From assembly GCF_009914755.1 (NCBI RefSeq), contig NC_060931.1: a stretch of 64,000 nt of DNA; one strand, written 5' to 3'. This stretch comes from the human T2T-CHM13v2.0 reference genome, Homo sapiens. Below the pieces are notes generated by a model. The model was not told where the DNA came from. It worked only from the letters and a program-made list of their open reading frames with translations, and searched no databases. Made by a program: the position numbers and the translations under genes. Positions 1-13,877 of this stretch are shown here, in pieces; within the stretch, counting starts at the first letter, position 1; each line of letters opens with the position of its first letter.

Positions 1-71
1 AACAACTAGAGAGGATGGGATTAACAGTTTTGACATTTTAGAAGAAAACATTACTTTACTTGAAGAAATAG

Positions 72-125
72 CAGGTTGGTGCAAATTAATTTGCAAAAAC
101 TGCAATTACTTTCACACCAACCTAA
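72..125. mobile_element. MADE1 (Hsmar1-derived MITE), internally deleted
   Basis: Ends AGGTTGGTGCAAA and GCAATTACTTTCACACCAACCTAA match the MADE1/Hsmar1 terminal inverted repeats. Confidence 0.8.
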
Positions 126-161
126 TAACAATAGAAAGTATTCAAAATGAGAGTTCAGACA

Positions 162-726
162 AGCCAGGCATGCTGGCTCATGTCTGTAATCCTACCACTT
201 TGGAAGGCTGAGGTGGGTGGATCACCTGAGGTTAGGAGTTCGAGACCAGCCTGGCCAACATGGTGAAACCTGGTCTCTACTAAAAATACAAAAATTAGCT
301 GGGCGTGGTGGAGCACACCTGTAATCCCAACTACTCAGGAGGCTGAGACAGGAGAATCACTTGAACCCGAGGCAGAGGTTGCAGTGAGCTGAGATCACGC
401 CTTTGCACTCCAGCCTGGCTGACAGAGTGAGATTCCGTCTCAAAAAGGAAAAAAAGAAACAAGAAAATGAGAGTCTAGGTGGGGTGGCTCATGCCTGTCA
501 TCCAGCGCACTTTGGGCACCCAAGGCAGGTGGATTGCTTGAGCTCAGGAGTTTGAGACCATCCTGGGCAACATGGTGAAACCTTCTCTCTACAAAACGTT
601 AAAAAATTAGCTGGGTGTGGTGGCATGTGCCTGTAGTTCCAGCTACCTGGGAGGATCACTTGAGCTCAGGAGGTTGAGGCTGGAGTCAACCATGATTGTC
701 CAGCCTGGGTGATAGAGACCCTGTCA
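162..726 (+). mobile_element. Two tandem Alus: AluS-like (162-465) and AluJ-like (477-726)
   Basis: Canonical Alu dimer sequence with A-rich tails. Confidence 0.9.
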
Positions 727-802
727 AAGAAAGAGAGAAAGAGAGAAAGGAAGGAAGGAGGGAGGGAGGGAGGGAGGGAAGGAGGGAAGGAAAGAAAGAA
801 AC

Positions 803-881
<79 letters not shown>

Positions 882-886
882 AAAGA
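727..886 (+). repeat. Polypurine microsatellite (GGAA/GGGA/GAAA)n grown from an Alu tail
   Basis: Directly visible; it produces the spurious K/E/R-rich ORFs at 696-1014. Confidence 0.95.
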
Positions 887-1759
887 ATTAATTCAAAATG
901 AAACACAGGAAAAAGACAGGAAAATAAAAGCCCCAAATGGAACATCAGTGAGCTGTGAGACTGTATGTTGGAATCCCTGAAGGAGAACAGATGGGCAGGG
1001 CCTCTGATTTGCACACTGCCACCCTCGGGGACTTGTGTATGGGGGTGCTATGTTGTTAAATAAATGGATGGTGCTGTTGCCTTGTGACCTTGCACTCTTC
1101 CGTTGTATGGAGTTGGTCTAATAATGACAGTGATAGTGATGATGGTGATGATGACAGACCTTGATTCACTGATCACAGTACATGTGAGAATACATAGAAT
1201 CCTTTCTTTTACCCCTGCAACAGTCCTGTGAAAACTGGGTCATTATCCTCACATTACAGATGAGGAAATAAGCATATGAGGCTTGTTTGTCCCATGAAGG
1301 TGTAGCCAGGACAAGTATCTTGGGGAATCCAATTTGATTATATAAATTCACACAGTTTTGTGAGAAGTTGAGCTCCTGGATGTGATTTGAGCTAGAGGAG
1401 AGGGAATTGGGGAACAGCCCTGATTTAATCTTACATTTAACTTGAGTACATGGCAAATCTTTTTCCATCTCTGGTCCTCATGTTTTCTTCCTATAGTAGG
1501 AGAATGTTTGAACAAATTGGTTTCTATGAGCCCTTCCACTGTGAGTATTGGTTTCCATCACTTGTGGCTTGGGAATACATTTGTCCAGGCTACTTAGTAC
1601 AGTCACTTTCAGTTATGTGGCATTTATTTGTACATGAGAAGCTTGTAGCATTAATAGTCTCATAAATGACACTGAAAACAAAACTTTAAAGAATGTTGAT
1701 AATGTTTGATGACTCAAAAACTGCCACATAGTCCCCTGGTTCCCTAAACAAAGGCTATA

Positions 1760-1760
1760 T

Positions 1761-1805
<45 letters not shown>

Positions 1806-2087
1806 AGATGGAGTCTCACTCCAATGCCCAGGCTGGAGTGCAGTAGCATGATCTCAGCTCGCTGCAACATCTGCCTCCTGGGTTCAAGCAATTCTTCTAC
1901 CTCAGCCTCCTGAGTAGCTGGGATCACAGGCACATGCCATCATACCTGACTCATTTTTGTATTTTTAGTAGAGACAAGGGTCTTATCATGTTGGCCATGT
2001 TGGTCTCAAACTCCTGATCTCAAATAATCCACCCACCTGGGCCTCCCAAAGTGCTTGGATTACAGGCATGAGTCATGGTGCCTGGCC
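1760..2087 (-). mobile_element. Alu with a long (~44 nt) poly(A) tail
   Basis: Poly-T at ~1762-1804 followed by antisense Alu body. Confidence 0.9.
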
Positions 2088-3101
2088 TATTATAACCTAT
2101 TTTTGATGACAAAGAGTAACACAGTGATGCCTCCATGACCATTGAGATGTAGAACGCTATCTACCCTTAAACTATATGTCCACATTGGTCTGTTTTAAGT
2201 AGGTTAAGTTTACCATCTCATCTTTAGGTTGTCAGCTCTCAGTTTTCACTAATATGAGCATTCCTTTCTCTCTAAGGTCTCCCTCCAGTGTGCTGTGGGC
2301 CAGACCCCGTGACAAGCACACACACTCACTGTTTCACTGCAGCATGACCACCCTTAGGCTGCAGAATTGGTTTTTATAACTGTGATCCTAAGTGGACGGG
2401 TGTCACGCAGGCCATGAGAAGGGAGGACCGCAGTGTGCATGTAGCATGGTTCTGTGTGGAGCCTGTCCTAGACACCTCCCTCTGGGCTCCTCATCTTTGC
2501 AGGGTCCTCCCTCTGAGCTTGTCTTCCCAGCTTTCCCTTGGTTCTGGCTTTTAAATTTCTAGCATAGCCTGGACCCTGGTTCTGGTCTTTGAGTTGCTCT
2601 TCATGGAAGTGGGCTTTGCAAGTACATGGTCTTGGTCATTGCTAAGTACTGTTTGCATTTCTTTTAACAGTCACTCCTCAGGCATTTGAAGCCCTTGCCC
2701 CTTGGGATAACTCTCAAACTCCCCAATAATTGCACATGCATGGCCTCAGACATCCAAGGGGCTCCCGTTGTCATGAACACCATTTTGACCGGATACATTG
2801 ACTTCGCTAACACCTCTACAGCTCTTTGTATGACAAAGTTATGAATGATTTGACCTGTTACACATAACATACATAATATGATATAAAGCTGCTATCAGCA
2901 TGGACTCAACAGTTGTAATTACTTTCATGATTGCTGAAACTCCTAGTGTCTCTAACTTGCAGTTTCTCACAATTGCATCTTCCCCTGTAAATTGATTATA
3001 TATTCGACTATATATTTTAAGCTGAAATATTTTAAAGTGAATTGTAGCTATATCCCCCCTAAGTATTTCCAAATGTATCTCTAAAAAAATAGACCATTTT
3101 T

Positions 3102-3393
<292 letters not shown>

Positions 3394-3404
3394 TTACACA
3401 GTCT

Positions 3405-4122
<718 letters not shown>

Positions 4123-4669
4123 CAGTCAAAATAACAGTATAATATCAAAAAACTAATAATAATGTATTAGTATTCTCTAACATCTATTTTGTGTTCAGTT
4201 TCTCCCAAAGTCCCCACTGGAACCCAATCTGTGACTGTGCATTGCACCTGGCTGTCACTTCCCTCGTCTCTCTTTTAATCAGTGGAGCTCTACGCGCTGT
4301 CTCCCCTGCTGGATTTTTCTGGTCTCCTGGCTTGCTGCTGTGTCCCCTGTTTCTTCCATAGCTGGGAGGTTCTGCAGCCCAAGGCTCCAGATGACTCCAC
4401 CCTTCCCCATGGCCCAGGCTGTTCTGACCTACGGCTCAACACCTCCTTGAATGGCAAGAGGATGCTGGTGAGGACCACCCCCAGGGATCAGAGGGAAATT
4501 TCTCTGCCCCCAACCTGCTGAGTCACCTACTGTGGAGATTCTTCCTGATTTCAGAAGAAAAAAGGAAAGTGCTCACGACTGAACTTCATCACCTATGCCT
4601 TGGCTTCTGTACCAGGCTCCACTCTGTCCTCCCTTCTCCCTGGCCAATCCCTTCCAAAGCATTCTGTAG

Positions 4670-5700
4670 TTTGTTTAGTTACATTGGACAAACTGTATGA
4701 GCTCCCCCCAATGTGCCAGGCATGGAACTAGGGGACAGGGTTGCAAAGTTTTACAGGAATGAGTTCCAAGTCCCAGTCTTTCAGCCCACAGGCTGGTGGG
4801 GAAGGTGTGGCTGTCATCAGGTAACAGCATCACAGTGCAGTGTATGGGTCTTTATATGGGGTGCACTGAGGACACCTAGGATGGACGCTTAGTCCAGTCT
4901 GGGGCCAGAAACCTTCCCAGAGGAGATGCTCCCTGAGATTGTCTTGAGGGGCCGATGAGATTCATGCAGCCATAGTGCAGGGAGGGAAAAGCATTCCAGG
5001 CAGAGGTAACAGCCCAGCTGCAGGCATCAGGGCAGGGAGCAGCATGGGTCTTAGGGCTCTACAGGCATGGGTTCCTCCAGCCCGGAGTGTGACTCAGGAA
5101 TGGGCTGTGCCCTTCCTGAAAGCAGATATGTTCCACTGAGGAACTGTAACTTTACTGTGTGAGTGATGGGGCTCACTGAGAGGTGTCAAGAAGGGGCAGG
5201 TGGGGTGAAGAGAGGTGGGCACCCAGGTGGGAGCTAGTGCAGGGCTGGGGAGGGGTGCCAAGGCCTTGGCCCACGTTGGGGCAGTGGAAGAGGAGGGGCA
5301 AAGATGGATGGGGTAGATCTGAGGGCACCTGCGATTGGTAGGGGTGGGGATGAGGGAGGGAGAAAGGGCTGCTTCCAGGTTTCTGGCCTGGTTGTCACTG
5401 CCCATTAACACAGAGAGGGGAAACTGTCTAAGGAAGAACCATGGTGCTGGAGGATTAGCAAAGATGACTTTGTTCTGGGAAGTGTTGGAGGTAAGGTGTC
5501 TGGAATGCCTGGATCGTGTTCCACTCATTAGGAGGTGGTCTGACCCAGGTGGCGATGCTAAGCAGGTGTTCTGGCTTGCTCGTCTGAGCCCTGAGGAGAG
5601 GCCTGGGTGGTGGGCATGGTGTTGTCAGCAGACCCACAGCAGCTGGCATGGTGAGAATGGATGATACCACCCAGGTCATATACAGAAAAGTGCAGTGGAC
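4670..5700 (-). mobile_element. Degenerate L2 LINE fragment
   Basis: L2-like text (ATGTGCCAGGCA, GGGAAAAGCATTCCAGGCAGAGG, GAGGAGAGGCCTGGG); boundaries approximate. Confidence 0.55.
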
Positions 5701-7709
5701 TGAGGTGGCTGAATGGTCAGAGAAGGGGGAGGAGAAACGAGGAGCATGTGGACAATGCCACAGGAGGGTTTGAAGAACAAAAGAGAAATGTATAGCGTTC
5801 CACACTCCAGGTCCAGAGAGACAAAGGCTGGAAGGAGTGCCATGCGCTGGGAAACAGGGTGGACATGGTGTCCCTCGCCAGTGCAGTTTCAGTGGAGTAG
5901 GAGGAGGAAAGGAACAACACAGTGGGGTAAACTCCATAAATGGATACAGGGAATTTGTACCCCAGGAGGCAGCAGGAGGGGGGATGAGATAAAAATGACA
6001 GAGTCAAAATACTGGAGTCAAATAGGTGAGGTCCGCATCACCTCTGTTCAAACCCAGCCACATGTTCATCCTGGACTGAACCCTAAGCTCCTCAATCCAG
6101 GCCTCAGTGGTCCCAGGAACTGGTCCAAGCAGGCAGTTGGAACTTTCTGGAGAGAGATCGCCCTCTACTTCCCCATAAGCCTCCATCCCGGCAGATTAGC
6201 CTGAGCACGGACCACTCCCCTGCCTCTCCACTTCTGCTGCTCATCCTGGAACCCCCTTCCCAGCCTTCTTTGTCCCTCCAAGTCCTGTGAACCCTTCAAG
6301 GTTGAGACCCTGCCTCATTTCCTTTGGGAGGTCCTGTCTGTCTACTCCAGCTAAAACCATCTCAACCCCTCGCACCCTCAGTAATGGTGGGCCCATCCCA
6401 CTTTTTTCTTCCCCACACAATTGAGATGTCTCCCCAGTCAGACCAGCCTCTTCAATGCTGGATACTGAATCTTGTGTTTTCTTTTTTTTACAGTCCCCAG
6501 ACTGCCTAGCCTCTGTCCCAGCATGGGACTTCGTTGGCCATGGAGGGGAATCTCAAAGTTAGGCAGTAAGGCCCTGGGACTGCTTTCCAGGGCCTCACAC
6601 ACAAAGTTCGGTCTCCTGAACTCACCACATCTCCACTGTCTTCCCCAGCACCAAGTTCAGAGAGCAGGAGAGAAGGGGCAGGTCCAGGCCTTGCCCCCAG
6701 TGGCTGGAGAGCCTGACACATACAGTCCAGGTTTTGCTGCAACGGAGGAAAGGGCAGGTGCTTCCCGTCTTCAAGGGGCAATGCCAGAGCTTGTTTGTGG
6801 GAAGCAGCAGACACTACGATGGATGTTTTGTGCACATAATCTCATTTAACCTTCACAATCTGAATTGTTCTTATTCTTAAATGCCTGCTGTGAGAGTGAA
6901 TTCTCAGGGCTTGGCCGGCTCTTAGTTGCAGACCGCAGAAGCAGCATTAGCTGGTAGTTAAGACAGGAAAGACTTTATGAGAGACGTGAGCGAGCTCCAG
7001 GCTCTATGAAAGATGGGGGCACAGGCTCTGGGGTCATCTTGCAGGAATGACTTTTTGAGCCTGATGGAACTGGCCTGGTCAGGAGCCTGGCTGCGAGACC
7101 CTGGCCCCACGTAGCCTCCGCTGCAATCCAAGTCCTGTGCCTGTGTGCCCTGCAGCCTCGGAGGCTGGGAAACAGCTTTTTTTGTGTGTTTTGCTTTTTT
7201 TGTTTTGTTTTAAATTCTACATTGGGAAAGTGGATTTACAATAGAGAAACCATAAAAATGTGGAGAGAACATTCCTAGGGGTTTGGGTAGCCTTGCACGA
7301 CTGTCCTATCTGTGCTGTACCTCAGGCAAACACAAAACGTTTTCAGATTTGCCAGCGAAGGAAACTAAAGCTCAGAGAGGCAAACTTACAGCTGGGTTGG
7401 GGGCAGCTGGGATCCAGGACTATGAAGTGAAGGTTCCACTCTTTTCACGTGGCTTTGAGGATTAGGCTCTCAAAGCGGAAAAGTGTCGGTGGCTTTGACA
7501 GAAACAGGGAAGCGGGGGGCGGCTCCTGTGGGGATGGAGATGGTTCACATTTAAAGATATCAAAGGCGCTGTTGGGATTCCGGTGGCCACATCCGACAAG
7601 CAGTTGGACGTTGAGATTTGGAGCCATTCAGCCTGTCTTCCTGGCCTTGGAGAGAAGTTCTGAACAAAATGCCTCTATGAATTTAGTCTCAAGATCTCTA
7701 CATGTTTCT

Positions 7710-7900
7710 CAACACACATGCACACACACGTACACATGCAGGCACACACATTAGCACACAAAGGTACACAGACACACGGTGACACATGCATACACAGGGA
7801 CACACATGGACACATGCACATACATGCACACACATTGACATGCACTGACACACACACCTGACACACATGTGCACCCACACGCACAAACACACACACACAA
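7710..7900. repeat. Degenerate (CA)n-rich simple repeat
   Basis: Directly visible. Confidence 0.9.
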
Positions 7901-9132
7901 GTAACATCGACAGCCTGTGGCTGTAGAAGTGCTTCCAAGGGCCTTTCTTTCTTGTCCTTGCCTGGAGTTTACAGCACTTGAAAAATGTCAGTCGTGGGAG
8001 GCCTTTTGGTCTTGGGTTAGGGTAAACTCCCTCCACATATTTGGAAAGCATCCAGGCCCTGCAAGCCGCTCACAAAGCAGATAACAGTGACCTTGCTGCT
8101 GAGGGAGGACGGCCCCGCGGAAGCCAAGGAGCTGCGCTGGCAGAGCTGAGGTTACCCCTCCTCCCTGCTGCAGAACCTGGGTCAACTCTGATGTCAAAGA
8201 CCACAACCCCCTCCCCACCGCCCCCTTCCCGTTGGACTCCCGGCCTTCTTTGTGCCAGAAACACAATGCTCAGCTCTCAGGGAGGAGGTGAGGGCAGAGC
8301 ACTGCTCTGCAGGCCCAGGTGGAGAACAGCCCAGCTCTCCCTTAGGGGCTGCAGGCTGAGGGTCCGACTCCAACCCCCTTGCCTTTTTGCAGGCCCGAAG
8401 GAGCTTCTCCAGGATGATGACAGATTTTCCAAGACTCATCCCAGGCTGGAGGAGCCCCGGCTGCAATTGGACTGGTGTGTGTATGTGTGGGTGTCCACAG
8501 GTTGAGCTGACCCTGAAAGTCCTGGTGCTAGAGGGCTGTGGAGGTCATGTCATCCCAATGGAACGCCCTCTGTTGGCATTCCCTTCAAGAGGTCATCCTG
8601 ACCCATTCAGGGAGATCACTACTGCCAGGGGCACTACTCCAGGTTTTCGCCTCTCTGTTGCTTCCACTTGCTGGCCCTAATTGCACCTCTTGAGCTACTC
8701 AGATTAGGAGTAACCCTTCCACATGACAGCCTTTCACATATGTGAAAACAGCTGCAATCATACATTCAGCTACATCTAGCTTTGAAGCCCTCCCCGGTCA
8801 GCCAGCTCCCTCTCTTTGGCCCCCATTTGCAAGTTAGGGAAAGTTCAAGTCTGATTGGGTGCCAGGCCTGGTGCTGGCAGCTGGGGACAGACACATGGTT
8901 TGCTACAAGTAGTTGGTGGCCTAGTGGAGGAGGCAGACAGCAGGTCCTGGTCAGCATGCTGAGCCTGGGGGAGGGGACAGCAAGCCTGCAGGAAGACATG
9001 CAGGAGTTACTCAGCTGGGGACCTGGGGGCCTTAAGGTGCTCCGGACAGAAGGGACAGGATGCGCAGAGGCTGGGGGTGCAGCACAGTGGCCCTGACCTG
9101 CAGGTGGTTCAGAATGTGTGGGTCTCAAGCAA

Positions 9133-9665
9133 GCCTACTGGCTATGCACCCAAAGGAAAATATTTCATTCTACCAAAAAGACACCTGCACTTGTACGTTC
9201 ATTGCAGCATGATTCACAATTGCAAAGATATGGAATCAACTTAGGTGCCCATTAGCAGTGGACTGAATAAAGAAAATGTGGTATATGTACACCATGGAAT
9301 ACTATGGAGCCATAAAAAGGAAGGAAATCACATCCTTTGCAGCAACATGGGGATGCAGCTGGAGGCCATTATCCTAAGCCAATTAATGCAGGAACAGAAA
9401 GCCAAATACTACATGTTCTCACTTGTAAGTGAGATAAACCTTGGGTACACATGGATATAAAGATGAGAACAACAGATACTGGAGACTTCAAAAGAAACGA
9501 GAGGGTGAGAGGGGCAAGGGCTGAAAGCTTTCTATATGCTACTATGTTCACTGTCTGGGTGATGGGATCCATAGAAGCCCAAACCTCAGCATCGTCCAAT
9601 ATACCTTTGTAACAAACCTGCACATGTATCCCCAAACCTAAAATTATAATTAAGTGAAAAAGAAA
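9133..9665 (+). mobile_element. Old L1 (L1MA/L1PB-like) 3' end
   Basis: GGAATCAACTTAGGTGCCCATT, GCCATTATCCTAAG, TGTAACAAACCTGCACATGTATCCCC and an A-rich tail. Confidence 0.85.
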
Positions 9666-12219
9666 ATATGGGTTGCAAACAGATGCAGGGCATGCAGGGC
9701 ATCAGGACATTGCCTTATCCTGAGGACTATGGCAGGGGTGGGAGAGTGGCAGCATTCTGAAGAGTTTTCAGCAGGAGGTGCAGGATTAGGTGCGAGTTTA
9801 CCTGGAGAACGGGTTTCGTGGCTATCCAGTGCTGTGGGCAGAGAGTCTGGCATGGGGGGCTGCAGATGCTCAGGCGAGAGGTGGTGGTGCCTAAGTTGTG
9901 AGTTGTGGCAGTGGCCACGAGGGTAGGGAGCTGTAGGTGGAGATGGGCAGACCGAGACCTCTCTCCTGTGGCCGTGGAGCTCCAGAGTCCACACAGATGT
10001 CTACAGATCTAGCTCAAAGCCCTCCCCAGTCAGTCAGCTCCCTCTCTTTGGCCCCCATTTGCAAGGAAGAGAAAGTTCAAGTGTGGTGCTCAGGATGGAA
10101 GCAGACTTCTAGGTGATATCTGACAGTGTGGACTATTTCGGCACTTTGTTTTCCTCCTTCTGGTCTCTATCTTCTCTGCCACCAAGGTTGACACTAGAGG
10201 CCTGGTAGCCACAGAGCACAGTCCAGTTGGCTCCTACAGAATTTGCAGTGTCTCCTGAAGACCCCAAACCTCCTCCATGCTGGCTGTTTCAAGCCCACAC
10301 TCCCTCTGCCCCGATTGTGGAACTCAGCAGTTGGTGTCTAGTGCTTACTAACAGGAACCCACATTTATTATTACTATTATATTATCCACATGAGATTCAA
10401 TTTTCTTAGATTCAAGGTCTCCCACCTGCACCGCTTTCTCCTTTAAAGCAGGAGACATGGCTCAGAAGCCTCAAGGCTTGGCCTCTGGATTGATTTGTGA
10501 CTTTCAATCTTAGCTCCATCTGCTTATAAAAACATAAATCATGCCCTTTTTCACTCCAAAAAGTTTGAAAAAAGGATTTTATATTTTGCAAAAGTTTTCC
10601 CTAGAAGTTGCTGCCTGGGATATTTTTCATTCCATCTTAAAGGGATAACACTGCTAGTTATGTGGAGCAGTGAGACAGCTGGGGCCGGCTCTGTCCACCT
10701 TCCGGCAGCCCCCAGGGGTACCTCGGGCTGCCTCTTGGGGCCCACTGGGCAAACTCACGGAAAGACAGAGGCTGCCTGGCCCACTCTCCTGAAGTACATC
10801 CACCTGGGCCTGCGCAGCTGCCAGCTGGCTTGAGGCATGGTGGACCTGCTCTTTTCTGGGACCTCTAAAAGACCATGTGAGTGCGATAGGAGTGTGTATG
10901 TGAAGTGGGGGTCAGGTTATTAGGGGTGGAGGGAAGGGAGCTCTTTGATTAATGGGTGTCCTGTGAACCTGCAAATTTGCCCAAGGCTGCATTCCTGGGC
11001 TTTCAAACCCGAGCAGTTTGATAAGCTGGGACCAAAGTCTTCTTTCTGCCCAGCAAGTAAAGCAAACAGGGCCACTCACTAACCCCAGCCCTGGCCTCTG
11101 GTGCCATCTCTCGGCCACCAGCTAGCCAAGTGGCCTTTCACAGGCTAATCAGTGAGCATCCCTGGGACCTCTGGGAGGCCTAATCAGCTTGCCTCAGCGA
11201 GGCAGGAGGGAGGCCAGGCTCACCCGAACTCCAGCATGCAGTCTGAAGGCCTGTGCTTAGCCAACTAGGCCCTCCCTGATGGCAGCACCTGCAGTCTTTC
11301 CCACTCCTTCCTGCAATCATTCCCACCAGGGCAGCTTATCAGCTGGGCCTTCTCCATTCCTCCAGTGCCTGCCTAGAATGCTCTTTCCAACTTCCACAGC
11401 CTTCAGGCTCCTTCCCTAATCTCCCTCCCCCAGGAAGCCTTCCCTGACCAGCCTCCATGGGATGCCCCCTTCCCTGCATCCCTACTACCCCAGAGCCCTG
11501 GATTATGGTTTAGCACCAGATACTTCTTCAGTCTGTTCCTGTGTGTTGGTTTGGTATCGCCAACTAGATTGTAAGCACCTTGAGGGTAGGGCTTCAACTT
11601 TGAGATTATCCCCAGTGGGGAGTGGTAACTTTGGGAGTATAATGTTGGCGAGGGGTGGGCTTGTAGGAACAGGGGACAGATCCAGGGGTAGAGGCAGGCA
11701 GCTCTGAGGCTGGGGACCTCAATCCCAATAAGATGTGGAGGGGAGGCTCTGGGAGATGAAAGGCAGCCATAGAGTCAGGACTGGGGAAATGTTTATTTCT
11801 GGGGAGTCGTAGTAGGTACCTGTGGGGCATGGGGGTGTGGGCCCAGCCTGTCTCCATCCTCCACTCTAGTCTCTGAGAACTTCTTCTCTCCTTGGTGGGG
11901 CCCAAGCGATGGAACTGCATCTGTGTCTGCACCACTGGCTCCTTGTTCTTGACTACAGAAGATTTGGGTTGGGATGGACCCTGGAGGGCCCTCCAGATGC
12001 TCTTCTCTGGAGACTTGGGCTTAGGACTGAGACACACATCTCCATCTCCGGGTGTTTGCCTCTGACAAGATGCAACCAGCTATGGGCTGTCTGCAGCGGG
12101 GAGCAGTGGGAACCAGACTGCAAGACAGAAGGAGGAGGCAGAGGTGCACAGAGGAGCTGAGACCAGGAGCTCATAGCCCAGCTCGCAGATGCTTTTGCTT
12201 CATATATCATCTAAACCAG

Positions 12220-12375
12220 CCCTCACTGCCCTCCTGAGAGGTAGGTACTGTTAAGATCCTTTTTTTATAAATGGGGAGAATCGGGCTTAGAGAAGTTAAG
12301 TAATTTGCCAAAACACGCACAGCAGGTAAGAGGCAGACTTGAACCCCGTCCTGCTGAGTTACAGAGTCCAAGTGT
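12220..12375 (-). mobile_element. MIR
   Basis: GAGGTAGGTACTGTTA...TTTTATAAATGGGGAGAATCGGGCTTAGAGAAGTTAAGTAATTTGCC core. Confidence 0.7.
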
Positions 12376-12518
12376 AACCTTTCTCCTACCTTTGCTCCCA
12401 GCAGCTTTGTAGATCCAGGCCCTGGTCTCTCATGAGAACTTTCTCTACATCTCACACTTCAGTTCCACAAGATACCAGAAGAACTGTGACCAACACTACT
12501 GTAACAAGGTTTTATTTG

Positions 12519-12862
12519 TCTATCTATCTATCTATCTATCTATCTATCATCTATCCATTCATTTATTCACCCATTAATCGATCTATACATCTAATCTATT
12601 TATCCATCCATCCATCCATCCATTTATCCATCCATCTATCCATCCATTTATCCATCCATCCATCTATCCATCCATTTATCCATCCACCCATCCATCCATT
12701 TATCCATCCATTCATCCATCCATCCATCCATCATCTATCCATCCACCTATCCATCCATCCATTCATTCATCCATCCATCATCTATCAATCCTTCCATCCA
12801 TCCATCATCCATTCATCCATCCATCCATCCATCCATCCATCCATATCTACCTATATAGCTAG
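12519..12862. repeat. (TCTA)n/(TCCA)n compound microsatellite
   Basis: Directly visible. Confidence 0.95.
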
Positions 12863-13699
12863 CTAGCGAGCAACAATCACTTATTGAGCCCTGCTGTGCA
12901 CAAAACACTGCAACAGGTGCTGTGATGTTCTCAATCCTGCCTACTGGCACAGATGATGAGGGATGGCAGATGACTGCTTGTCAAACTATGTGGTATAGAC
13001 AGACAAGCCAGTGTATCAAAGTTCCCATGTAGAAATTATTGCAATTGTAGATTCCTTGACCCTTCCCAAGGATTCTAATTCAGAACAGGAGAGGAGCTCA
13101 GGAATCCACTTTTCCAACAAATTCTTCAAAAGAGTCTGATGTAGGTGATCCACAGAGCACACCTTGTAAAACAGCTGTCTGGAGAGTGTTATTCAAAGGG
13201 ATAGAAGGTCAGTGAGACCTGAGACAGTCAGGGAAGGCCACCTAGGGTCAAGGCCAGGCACTCTCATGTCCCCTAGCAGGACCTGGAAAACCCTGGGAAA
13301 GAGTGGTGGGGTGAGGGGAGAGAGACCCAGGTCGTGGGCAGCCTGGGCAAGGGCCCCAGGGTCTTCTCATGGTGGTGAGGGGCAGCCGCCAGGGCAGAGG
13401 GCAATCTGTAGGAAGCTAGGTGAGCAGAAAAAGGCCATGGTCAGCTTTTGCTCAGTAACCAGGATGTCACAAATGCAACAGCCAAAAAGTGCTCTGCCCA
13501 CTTAGCCTCTGTGGAATTGGATGCCCTTCCACACGCATTTCTAGGGACTAAAGGGACCTTCCATGGCGAAGAGGAAGGAACTTGTGTCTAATGCCTGGTC
13601 CAGAACTAAAAAATAAAAAAAAACTTAGTGCAATTAGGGTTTCAGTGGGGATGAGAATGGTTGGAAACCCTAGAAAGCTTGGGCTGAACGAGGACTGAT

Positions 13700-13877
13700 G
13701 GATCATCACCTCATCATCATCAGCAGCAGCATCATCATCATTATCGATTATCAATGTCATCATCATTGTCAATGATTATTAATATCATTATCATTGTCAA
13801 TGATTGTCAATGTCATCATCATTATCAATGATTATCAATGTCATCATTATCAGTAATGATCAATGTCATCATCATTT
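13700..13877. repeat. (ATC)n-derived repeat with higher-order unit ATCAATGTCATCATCATT(G/A)TCAATGATT
   Basis: Directly visible. Confidence 0.85.

Noticed and set aside
696-1014. K/E/R-rich and F/L/S-rich ORFs; similarly the IHPS-rich ORF at 12432-12866 and CV-rich ORFs at 7675-8051
   Set aside because: Translations of microsatellites.
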